This document shows positions 50,330 to 61,600 of a stretch of DNA of 64,000 nucleotides, in pieces (within the stretch, counting starts at the first letter, position 1; each line of letters starts with the position of its first letter). The translations under genes and the position numbers were made by a program. The notes beneath the pieces are model-generated. The model saw only the letters and a program-made list of their open reading frames with translations, ran no database searches and was not told where the DNA came from. This DNA is from Raillietiella orientalis (lineage: Eukaryota): contig JAYWIR010000033.1 of assembly GCA_036172245.1 (NCBI GenBank), forward strand, positions 1,922,001 through 1,986,000, in the 5' to 3' direction.

Positions 50330-50680
50330 TCTCTGTCCTCTGATTCCATTTCCAGTACGAGGCGCAGTAGAAAGTTAAGGATTGGTACGGACTTGTTGAT
50401 GAAGAGAACACCCCCCGAATGGAACGTTCATTCTGCTCAAGCAAATTGGATATCGAGGCAACTTGAATGAACGCATCTGTACGTATGCAGAAAAAGCGAG
50501 CTCTCTCCCTCTCCAATTTCGAAAAAGTGCTCCTTCCGGTCATCATAGTGAACCAAAAGGAAATTCCGATGCTCCTACTAATTGGAATGGATCCTTTGAT
50601 TAAGAAGATCCTCCGGAGCTAATTTTAAGCTGCTTCGATGATGCAGTGATTTCGCAAATTACTCTGCTTTATGGAATCCA
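50330..50680 (+). mobile_element. Decayed RT core fragment
   Basis: MLLLIGMDPLIKKI (motif B' tail) followed in another frame by CFDDAVI (YADD-like). Confidence 0.45.
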
Positions 50681-52994
50681 GTTTATCATGTGGATATTGA
50701 GAAATGTGCTTCAGGAAGAAGAAGCTGCTATACATGTAAGGGATGCTTTGAATCAACGGCCGGAGGAGACAGATGATCCTCATTTCAGCACTGAGCTGCA
50801 GGAGCTAATAGATCTTCAAAAGTAAATCATATTGCTCGGGGTCGAGCTGCTCGGCGATGCTCCTTCACGGGAAGAATCATCCCCCACGCCTCTGTAGTCA
50901 CTCGTATTACGTGTGACTCGTAGCACGCATTGTGCAGTGCACTGGAAAGTGACGTTGGGTGTAACGTTTGCTTCAAGAGATGGTTATCCAGAAGTTGCTT
51001 CATCCTAAAGGAGCAGCTGAAAAAGGAAAAACAGAGAAGTTAGCACGGGTGCTTCTCGGGATGACGGAATCTCCAGCCATTTTCCATCGTCCCTTCGCAG
51101 CGCGAAAGACGCAGATTGCTGTCCGGGGGTATGAAATGTTTGGAAATCGGATGATGCTGGAAAGGAAGAGAGAAGGGCTCATAACCAAGAAGAGCGGAGG
51201 GAATCAAAATCCATGAAATCGGTTTTCAGCCGAAGATCGAGAACTTGGAAATTAGATAGATGTCGTGCTTTCAGGAATGGATGGCTCGACCTTGGCATCA
51301 CTGCGTGCTCATTCATCAGAAAGCCGAGAGTGCCAACAAATCTCAGCATTTTTCTCGAGATGCGAGTGGCACTTTGCCTCTCGACCCCTGTAGGACCCTG
51401 GATGAAGACTGGATGAAACGTTCAGGAGTCCTGAAGGATAAATGAGCGTCTACCCCAGTTCTTAAGCTTCTTTCTTGGACGTTCTTTGTCTAGTGGAATG
51501 CCCGATGTGGTCAGTACACTTCTGAAGAAAAGTGAGTCGTCGCCCATCTTAAGAAGGAGGAAAGCAGCAAAATGAGATATATGAGACAACAAAGCTGATT
51601 GTTCGCAAGCTGAGGAGCAATGATTAACTTCTGTAGTGAATACGTGAAGCGAAACAGCGGACGGAGTCTTTGTCGTCGAAAATGATTGGTTCTCTAGCAG
51701 TTGTGTTCGAGAGAACAAGATAAAGTGAAACGAAAATGAATAAAGATAGTTTGTAATTCTCAATTTGCTTCTCACTATGGCACATTGAGCGCGGTTGTAC
51801 ATCACTGGGAGGCTATGGATTTTTATGAGGATGCGATCGCTGCGCCGAGGTTTCGCTGAAGACAGGGAAAAAGTTCAGAGTAAAGTATCAGCTATTTCGA
51901 AAAAAAAAAAAAAATTACCTACTTTACGGGAAAACCGGAAGATAATCATTTAGCAAGGCAGGCTCCCCATCAAGGGAGCAGACATCTTCTCAAGTTTGTT
52001 GTCCTTCGGCACGATGGAGATAGAAAACACATTTCGACTATGAAAACCGAAAACACCGAGTGCATCGTTCTCTAAAACCAAATACTGATTTCGACTTTCA
52101 GAAGCTGTGCTTCATGGATTTGCAGTTTCCCAGAAGGATGAGTTCGTTGTTGACAGCAACTCATGCTGTAAATCCAGGTCGGTGCTGTGACTCAAAATAA
52201 CAACGGTGGCGTGAAAATGCTTATTTATTCAAACAGTCTTCTGTCTACAAAGCACCTTAATGAGGTGCACAACCAATGACGGGAATATCTTATAATCTTC
52301 TTATAATCAACCTGAACTCTCCATCTGCTCCTCTTGACAACGCTGCGCTCTCTCGAATAGCTTTAACCCGAACGATGGCTCACCATCCGCTTCCAGCATG
52401 TCTTTCGTGAGTGGTGTATGTTCGAGGTGTATGCTTTCTCTCCTGAGGTATTGAACTTGTTCCCTAGAGATGTTGAGCACTCTCTTCACGTTTTGTCGTT
52501 CGCTGGACCCCACGAACGGAAGGAGTCTGCGACCGTCACTCGCACCGGTGCAGGTGCCCCTCTAGCGGCGAAACGGGGAACCATTCCACGGCACCCTCTG
52601 CGCATCTGGAGCAGCAACGGACGATCCGGTGCAAGCGACCTTCAGGGCTATGTCTCCCTGGACCGCCGGACGCAATCGCAGTTTGGAGTCCACTCCTGGA
52701 GTGGTCCATTCAGCCTCTTATCTTACAGGGCATCCTTTTCGATCCGGGCCACCCGATCACCTTGGCTCTCTGCGATCCCTTTCGAGCTGCCAATTCAGTG
52801 GCTGAGAGACTCCTCCAGCACCAGGAGCGCCCTGAACATACGATCGGCGCCGTGCGTGCTGCCCCGCGGGCACACTTGGTGCCTGTCAACACTCGATTTT
52901 CCCCAAGTCCCACAAGGGGTGGGGTAAATTTATTCCTTTCTAATTTGAATACTCTTTCACTTACACTGTTTGGGATTTTAAACGAAAAGTTTCT

Positions 52995-53480
52995 TTAGGG
53001 TGGGGTCCTCATTGTTGTTTCCCGGGCGTCGCCCTCAATCCTCTTCAGGATGTATCGGTACGTCCAGACCTGGACTCTGCCACAATTTCTGATACCGATC
53101 TCCTTCTGGATGAGTCCTTGCAGGATCTCCATCGGGGTTGCGGCTCTCCTGGCTTTCCTCATCTTCCACCACCGCACAAGTATGGCGGTGATGAGACATC
53201 CCCGGCAAGAATTTCCATTACACAACTGGTGTTTCTTCCAGTGGTCCTTTTCAGGATCAGCCAGTCTCGAAGCAATGCGGGACACGTCAAGATATGCAGT
53301 CTTGTGTCTATGTCTCCTGTCAACACTCGATGCTGTCCATGCAGGGAGTGGCCTTCCCACAACAGCAGCAGCACACCCCCCCATTTTTCTGGAGCTGTTC
53401 CCCATCCCCATGTGCTTGTTCGAAATGGCATCCGCAGTCGCAATTCTGGTTTCTCTTCTCTCGGGATTTGCATCTCTCCC
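52995..53480 (-). mobile_element. Decayed Tx1/L1-like ORF2 C-terminus (zf-RVT-like)
   Basis: APEKWGGVLLLLWEG, DTRLHILTCPALLRDW, AILVRWWKMRK, GLIQKEIG; parallels the 11017 and 58250 remnants. Confidence 0.55.
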
Positions 53481-53619
53481 CTGCCTCGCCTTCATCAGTC
53501 CCAACACTCCCGACGTCGCCGCAGGATGTGTTCAGCTTCACTCCGGCGGATGCCGAAGTGAATTCTCCCAAGTCCTCATCCGCCGATGGTGTTTGCGATC
53601 TCCTCTTCATCGCTGTTCT

Positions 53620-54250
53620 TCGGGATAAATCCAGGCGCCATGCGAAATCCTGGGTCAGACGAGGTTAAGGGCTTACAGCAGCTATCTGCCGCGAAGACCT
53701 CGTTGTCAGTTTAGTTAATGGCACGAGCACATCTTACTACAGTCCTGCAGCAGCAGTGAGGGTCAGCTTTCGGTTTCCGTCTAAGGGGTGAGCGGCTCAA
53801 AATGGTGGCCAACATTGCAGTCTAAAGAAAAGCAGCGAGCGATTTCAGAGTCTGGTGGTAAACCGCAATGAGGTCTTGGCGATGAGGATCGGTTTCCAGT
53901 GGTCCACCTTGTGTAAAGGGGTCGGCAATGTGTTGAAGTGGAGATCTGGTGTTGTCTTTGAGAGCTGGAAGCGGTATACCCCAAATCATATAGCAGACTC
54001 GTGCCTGTGGGAAAGGTCTGCACGGTGTAAGTGGGATCTCGTCGAAAGTTCGCGAAAAGGAAAGTGCTTCGATTCAGGTGCCTCACCCGTGCACAGAGTT
54101 ATGCGAGTCGCCAAGCGAAGCAGGTCGACTTCGAGTCCGCTTTCAAAACGCTGGGGCAAAAAATGGTGCTGTATCTTCCTCTTTCTGGGATCAGAAGCGT
54201 CTGCTACAGGCGGAGGCTGGTGTTCCGGACCAACCTCCGTCCGTTCCTCC
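53620..54250 (-). mobile_element. Decayed NeSL-like RT N-terminal fragment
   Basis: GEAPESKHFPFREL (APGxDG), VDHWKPILIAKT (NWRPI), PLDG, TVVRCAR. Confidence 0.55.
53773..53968. repeat. 196-bp direct repeat, copy 1
   Basis: Matches 55765-55960 (offset 1992), about 11 mismatches by hand count. Confidence 0.95.
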
Positions 54251-55599
54251 ACGGCGCGTTCCGGCAGAAGGGGTAAGCCTTTTCCGAAGACCTGGATTCA
54301 GAGAAGGAAACGTTTTCCCGTTTGGTTGGTTCCGAGATCAGATGTTCCGCTCGTGTGTGCACGTGACGATCTTCTGGGTGCTTCCGTGGGCGTGTCGGGT
54401 GGTCCTTTCTCCCCGACGCGCCGGATGGATTCCTGCATTTCGTCCATTCGGGGAGCCGAACCGCTCTTTTGCGAGGCGATGGCAAAAGAGGCGGGTGTTC
54501 CAGAGGTCTGCAGGCGTAGGCAGAAGGAATAGGGATGAGGTTGAGGAGGTACGGATGCCGCAGCGTCCCTCTCGGAGGAACTACTCGGGCATGCGGATGA
54601 AAATCTCAGGGATCCTCGAAGGAAACGGAAAGCATCCTCTCCTGTCCCCGTGGAAACGGAACGGCGAAAGCCAGCAAGTTTCGCGCTTCCCCACGTCGAC
54701 GGCCCTTCCTCCACCTCCTCGTTCCCCAACCACTGGGTTCCCGGAGATTGCCTTCCTCTTCTTCCTCCTCCCAGGGATCGAGCGGCTGGGACTCCCTGAC
54801 CGCTCTCGGAAATAACGGTTTCCCGTCTCGCTCGCGCGGATGATTTAACGCTCCCATCTCCTGGCGTACGAGTGACATCCACTCATCACATGGTCACGGG
54901 ACGGCACGGGGCCAGCGGAGCCGAAGAAAGGCATTAAGAACAATTCAACTTTTCCCATATGTTTCCCCCTGCTTTTATTTCATTATCCGCTGTATCGATT
55001 TCGTGTCATCGACTGCCTTTCTCGAGTCAGACGCGGGAAGGCAGCGCCATTTTTCAAACGTAATTACTTCACGGGACCATTTCCTGGGAATCGGAAGAAC
55101 TATCTTTCCAGGAGGAATACAGCGAAGCATATCTTCATAAAGACAGGAAGAGGAACCCTGGGATCTGCGGACGCCTTCTCCTGGAGGTTCGAGTAAGGGA
55201 CCAGCCTGCTCTCCTGCTCGGGGATGTCGAACTCGTAATCGTCCAGGCCTGGAACATTTCACATCGTAAGGATCGGGAAGACATATAGACGCACTCGTGG
55301 CAGATAACTGCGAGGAGGACGCAGGCACGCGGATCTCTTCGAGCGATGGAACTGACGTCCGAGCCGACTTGAGATCGCACTCATCCCGGGAGCCTCTTGA
55401 TTTACAGGAGGCTGGAGGAAGGGAAGGAGAGGCGCACGGATCTCTGCGCCAGAGCTCTCGCGTGGCGGTCCGCAAGACCCTCTTCGGCTCGCGGATCACA
55501 AACGCCAGCTGTGCGAACGACGCGTTCCACACGTGGGGTCCCTCGAAAGTCGCCCCCGTTGCCATGGAGCTTCGTTCCCGTTTCTCAGTCCCCCTTTTG

Positions 55600-56450
55600 C
55601 TTGCTGCTCCCTTCGCATCGTTAATAGAAATCCCTGGAACCGAGAAAGCGGGAGCTTCTGCCGTCCATTTCGCGTCCGAGCGTATTCTGGGAGGATCCTG
55701 GGAGCCTGCAGGAGAACGAAGGAGACGAAGACGCAAAGGAGCAGAAAATTTGGGGCAGGATTCAGTTTCCGTCTAAGGGGTGAGCGGCTCAAAATGGCGG
55801 CCAACATTGCAGTCTAAGGGAAAGCAGCGAGCGATTTCAGAGTCTGTTGGTAAACCGCAATGAGGTCTTGGCGATGAGGATCGGTTTCCAGTGGTCCACC
55901 TTGTGGAAAGGGGTCGGCAATGTTTCGGAGCGAAGATCTGGCGTTGTCTTTGAGAGCTGGGCACACTCACCCTCGGAAGCGGCGTACCCCAAGTCTGTAG
56001 AGCTTTCTGAACGCATTCGGTGCTGCATTCTGGAGGTGCAACTGACAAGAGTCGAAGAGAAGACGGAGGCAACCCGAGAAGCAACGAAGGACAGAGTTGC
56101 AGAAGGCGGTATCGCAAGACGTGCAATCTCGGAATGGAACAGGAAGCGAAATGGTGCAGGCGAGAGAACGAATGACTCTGACAGCAGTGAGGGTCCCGAA
56201 GGAATGCCTGAGAAGCGTTGCCGATTCCTCTGAAGGAGCCGGGATTGTATGAAAACGAATGCGAGGGATCTTCATCTCCTCGATCTTCCCAGCCTCCTCG
56301 TTGTTGTCAGACGGCCGGCACACGATGGAATGGTGGTTCCGCTGGTGAAGTGAGTGCGCTGCTTCACGCGGTGCCACTGCCAGGGTCCCGAACGCTGCGT
56401 GCGTTCGAAGGTTCGTGGTCCTCTGTCGAGGAAGCTGGCCAGAGTCCGCG
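55600..56450 (-). mobile_element. Decayed NeSL-like RT N-terminal fragment
   Basis: PFRFLFHSEIARL, VDHWKPILIAKTSLRFTNRL, PLDG, APNFLL (EHNFxL-like). Confidence 0.5.
55765..55960. repeat. 196-bp direct repeat, copy 2
   Basis: Matches 53773-53968. Similarity resumes briefly after a 15-bp indel (to ~55995). Confidence 0.95.
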
Positions 56451-58249
56451 GTGCTCGCTTCGCGGCGTTCTAGATGAGAGCGGCCGCTCATTCGCTGCCG
56501 TGCATTCTCCTCCGGAGATTTCCAGCGGCGTGTGTCAAGTCCTCTCCCGCGTTGTGAAAAGCCCGAGGTCCTTTAGTGTCGCGACCCGACAATCCGTCTT
56601 GAATCTGTTCTAACATATGCGTTCAGCCTCATACCAAAGCAGGCTCCCTAGGGATCTGGTGCTCGTGGTAACATCTTGGGAAAGAAATAACAGTGCACGC
56701 AGTTTGATTCCACGGATCTTCCTCTAGAGCGACGGAAAAGGAGGAGGAGGAAAGTTAAGAGCATCCACTGGGATTGACTCTTTGGTTCGCCGATAAAGGA
56801 GTGCCGGCGAACCTAGTAGGATTCCATGGGATATCTTGTTCCATATTCCCTATATTTTCTGAGAGGCATGCGCTGGTCCGCCGGCCAGCCTTGACGAGAT
56901 CGCAGCCTCGAAAGAAGGATGAAATGAAAAGGGCAACCCAACGGTAAAGGTGGTGGAGAGTCTTCTGCTCGCCTCCAGACACATCACTCGCAAGCTCAGA
57001 CTCAAATAAATCTTTCGTCCCTCTTCAGCGCGGCTCTCGAATGGGCAGCAAGCGCTGAGCGTTACGACTCAGTTCCTTCTTCTCGGGTCAGAGTACTCCG
57101 CGCCGAGAGTCCTGTGGGTACTTTGCGAGTGATGGACTGCGAGGGAGCTCCATCGACCACACGCCTCCTTCTTGATGTACCCGATCAAGCAGTTCGGACG
57201 TGGAGTTCTGATCGAGGTGCTGCGCCTCCTGACAGCGAGTTTTCTCCAGGAGCCCTCGAAGGGCAGCACGCAAAGCCGCCTCCGTGCTTCAGCGTGGGCT
57301 GGGATCGTTCCCGACGCATGGGGCAACCTCGGCCGCGAGGGACACGGCGCCCACTTCCGTCTTGGAAGCAGGCGGAACCGAGGACCTGCAATTATGAGGC
57401 GTGCCTCGTGGGCGTCTGCACGTGGGCGGGGGAGGTCCACAGCGCACGCGCCCGGAGGCTCTGCTCGGACCTCTCTCATAACCGGATGACGTCGAGCGTG
57501 CATCTTGGGCACGTCTTCCGCTCAAGGCTGCTGGTGGCGACAAATGAGGTACCACGGTGGGGAGATCGGCAGTTACGAGGAGGACCACTTCGAAAGTTAG
57601 GGCGGATCGGATATAAAGAAAGAGAGAAACAAAACTGTGTTCGTGGCTCCGAACACATACATCGCCGCGTCCTTTTACTCTGCTGTCGCCATTTTTTCCC
57701 CAAACACTTTTGACACCGTCGAGGAAGCTTTTTGACCCCCCCCCCCCTGCACGAAATTCTGCCTCCTGGGAGTTCGGCCAGCCAGCACTGCGGGTTGAGC
57801 CACTTCTTGAGGTGCAGGAAGACGTAATGGTCACTCGGCGGGACTGTAAAGTGGGTGATCAAAAGGTTCCCATTTGATTGGAATTTCCGTATTGTCTGGA
57901 ATGTGCGGACAGCAGTGTATGGCAGCAAAAGGAGGAGGAGACGCCCCTTTCCTGTGAGCGGGCTAGCCTGCTCCACGGCTGCCACTTCACTTCTCCGCAG
58001 GAAGAGGGAACTTGAAATTCGCCACCGCGTTTGAAAGTAGCCCCTCGTGAGTATTCCCTCGCGGTGGACCAGGGACCCGAGATCTTCAAAGGATCATGAA
58101 GGACTGGCAAAATTCTCCCTCCTTCCCCCCTTCATTCCCCACGCCCAGCACGAGTCGGCGCCCCCTCTTTGCGGGACGCGGTGTTCCCCGCTGACCAGAC
58201 GGCGGGTGAGGGGTCGTCCGGATACCATATCCCTTGCAGCTCTCCTTCG

Positions 58250-58900
58250 TGTCGCCTGCCCTACTTCCGGCAGGAGGTGCGCACCCTGAAGAGGAAGTGT
58301 GGGCCGGGGATTTTTCGCTGTTCCAGGCTGTTGTGGGCCACCGAGGAAGAGCGGCGGCCTCATCACGAGACGGTCTATCGTCCTCCTTTTCTCCGCATCC
58401 CTTCGCCCAAGTTCATCGAGCTAGCCGGAATCCCCCCTCCCCCCAGCGGGAGGCTCGCGCGGGAGTGGAGGGACGCGGCTACCATCCTGCTGCACTGAGA
58501 GGCGCCCAGCTCAGTCCCGACCCAGCACCGGCAAGCAACCAGGAAAGGGACCCACTTGGGAAGAGAAACCAGGGTTCGGAACAGACCCTCAGGAACCGAA
58601 GGGACGTTTCGGAACGCGAGCCACTGGGAAAGACGGGCAAGAGAGTTCGGGAGCTGCAGGGAGCAAGCCAGGAGCGCCGCGCTCTGGGAAGGACGGGAGG
58701 CTGCTTCCCTGGACCATCTGTGCAGGAAGGGGATGCACCGGAGCGAAGTGCTGATGCAAAGGATCCGGCGGACAAAAGGAGGCGTTCGGGAGAGAGGAAG
58801 ACAGGGAGAAGCTCGGGGGAGTGAGGGAGAGGAGCGGATGCTGGACGGGTCGCGGATGCAGAGGGTAGCCCGTCGGACGGATCGCCTGCCCTCCTGCTGC
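58250..58900 (+). mobile_element. Decayed Tx1/L1-like ORF2 C-terminus
   Basis: LAREWRDAATILLH (compare LPLKW*DMALLVLH at ~11340) and TEGTFRNASHWERRAREF (degenerate finger end). Confidence 0.5.
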
Positions 58901-59778
58901 CGAGGCCCCCCCTCAACTACGCGCGGTAGGCACGACAAACTGCTCTCACTGATTACCCCCCACTCGCGAGATGCAGCCGACGGAGACGCAATCGATGATT
59001 GAAAGGAGCAAACCGCCTGGCGTGACGTCACGGAGGAAATAATGAACGGCCGAATCAGAAACATCACGGCTAAGTTGATTGGGAAAACTCGTGCAGGATT
59101 TATCGGAGGATGAAAAACTCGGACCGGAGAGATATTTGCTAGGAGACAAATGACGGAAAATGTACGGAGGACACAATGGAGGGGAGGAGAAGCCTCTTCT
59201 TCCTGGATGCAGGGGGGAACGGATCGAGCCTCCGTGCCGGCATAAATCATGGGGGGACACATACACATACACTGCCCGATTGCATATTCCTCGCGGAAGG
59301 GAAAAGAGGACGGATCAGGAAGTATGCAGGGACAGCCGAACGGTGATCAGCTCTCTCTCTCTCCCTCTCTTTTTTCTTCCCCCCCCCTTTTTTTTTTTTT
59401 TTCAGGGGTGGACAGGAAGCTGAACGCTGAAATTCTTCTCTGCAGCGGATGTGCCGCGGGATGACTTCAAACGGAAAAAAAAGACCAATGCGTCCATTGC
59501 TCTTCTCCTCCAGCAGATGCTCTCCTATGATGCGCGGAGACAGAGGCCCCCCACCTTTCTCGTTCCGAACGAGCGGAATTCCCCCCCTGCAAGCGCCAAC
59601 TTGGATCCAAGAGCCTCCAGTGGGCGACAGGAAGGGGAACCCGCGGCCCCTGAGGCGGGAAGGCTGCCCGGTGCGCGGATCTAGGGCGTCCACTCCCGTA
59701 GGATGAACCCATTTCACCGTCGTGGGACCGACACGAGTGACCGAAATGATTACAGACTTGGTTTCAAAAGTGGGGTTG

Positions 59779-60362
59779 TTCTTTCATGGGGAGAAAGATT
59801 CTGAATTCCAAACCGTCATGGCAAACAGAATTTTCGGTACGGTACATGTTCTTTATTGTTTCAATTATACTACGTAGTTCATAATTTTTGAAACGGTGCC
59901 GGCGTTCACTGAAAGCAGTGATACCAAACCCAAAACGGAGACATGCACGCAAACCTACATATACATACACGTGGGGCAAAAGGTTCAGAAAGAAATACGC
60001 ATACGTACAGACGTCTTTGTCGACTGAATTCGTGTGTGCGACGCCCACTCACGTGATTTCAATATACAAAGTTATGAGCACTGCAAAGCGCCGTGATGAC
60101 GGGCAGCTTTCGGAGGACGCCGTCATTTACGGGCTGACAGCAAGCAATCATTCTGTCTGCCGGTGCTTCGGCTCGGAAGGATTCGCACGTGGCACACGCG
60201 GAAAAGACTCCATCCTTAAGATGCTCTGTGATTCCTTGGATTGGTTGCACTCGTAGATCGAGCATGGCAACTCCTACAAGAGCACACCGGAAACGTTTCC
60301 TGCGACCTTGGAGAATGCTCGCGAAGCTCTGAAAAGTAATTGGTGATGGCGTGAAAGCGCTC
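59779..60362. repeat. 584-bp direct repeat, copy 2
   Basis: Matches 35690-36273 in the same orientation. Confidence 0.97.
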
Positions 60363-60899
60363 TCCCTTATTGGTTGATGAAAATGACGTAATGGACCGAG
60401 ACCGCGCTCGCTCATTCCGAAAGTGTCCGTGTCATCAGAGATGCCAATTTAGCGGGTTTCCCTCTGGATCTATCGTTTCTGGAAACCCATCCAGCGCCTG
60501 AAGATGTTTTATCCCTCTGGGCAGGGATTCTAGCGGTTTTTGAATCACCGGCCGCCGAAGTTTGCGGCGTTTCCCGTGGTTGCAAAGAAGATTTTCAATT
60601 ACGGATGCCGCAGATAGTCTCAAATCGAATGTTCCGCGTGTTTTCATCCGCCCCTGCTTCAATCTTGGCGGATGCTGGAGTCCCATGAACGAATCATCGC
60701 ACCGTTGATGAAGGCTATCCAGGAAAACGACGTTTCATTACCAAAATATTTTCGATACTCAAATTGTGGTTGTTGCGGTGCAGCAGCGACTCATTTGAGT
60801 ACTTAATTCCAATTTAAGGACAGTTCCTTTAACGTTTTCTTTCGCCATCAATGAAAAATTCCTAAGCATTGAAATCCGGAGATTTTTTTTTGGTTTGGA

Positions 60900-61600
60900 A
60901 AGTCGCGAGCTTCCGAAGATTCCATCAACCTCCGTTGGCAACCCTTGCCGTGTCGCGGAGCGTGGCCGGCTGCGGACGGAAGAGATGCCCACCGCTGTCC
61001 CAGGTCTCAGTTCTCCCCAAATTCTGAACGAATGCCTTCCGGGGCGTTTTCCTGGTTCGGAGAGAAGGTTGAAAAGGATGAGGTGAAAGAATAATTCGAG
61101 CTTCCGGGTCGTAGCATCTTCGGAATGACAGCCTGCTGCCGAAAAAGAGGCATCGAGAAGGGCGGTGGTTTTCCCGAGTTTGTTTGACACTTGGCGAGGG
61201 AGTGGCGGAGCAGGTCTGCGTCTGAAACCGCGGAACCGGGAAGAAACCTGCCGACAGCCTGAGGCAGCGTTCACATCAGCGAGGGCAAACTGTTTTTCGC
61301 GCAGAGGCAACCAGATGACGGAGGTTTGACAGGAACCACGCGTGCGGCTTCCACAGACCGGAAGTTCGGCGCCACCGAAAGATCCCTTTGATTTCGAAAC
61401 GCAGAGGTCGTTACGTGCAGTGCGCGAATCCGCTCCAGAATCCGCGAGGGTGAATCCTGGACTCGATGGGCTCCAGGGAGATCGCGGATTCCAGAACGGA
61501 TGCCCTCTGATGTGGAACTCGATTTCCTGGGAGAGCATCGTGAGCAGCATCCGACGGAGGTGGTGGTGATTCCGTGGGGGGGGGGCATCGACCGCACGAG
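60900..61600 (+). mobile_element. Decayed Tx1/L1-like RT domain
   Basis: QILNECLPGRFPGS, NQMTE/FDRNH (DQxKAFDRVxH), ARVNPG...RGFQNGCPL...ESIVSSIRR (RGVRQGCPLSP...EPL...IR). Confidence 0.65.

Noticed and set aside
53773..55960. The 196-bp direct repeats as LTRs of a small LTR element
   Set aside because: No TG...CA ends, primer-binding site, polypurine tract or target duplication; the repeat itself encodes non-LTR RT motifs.
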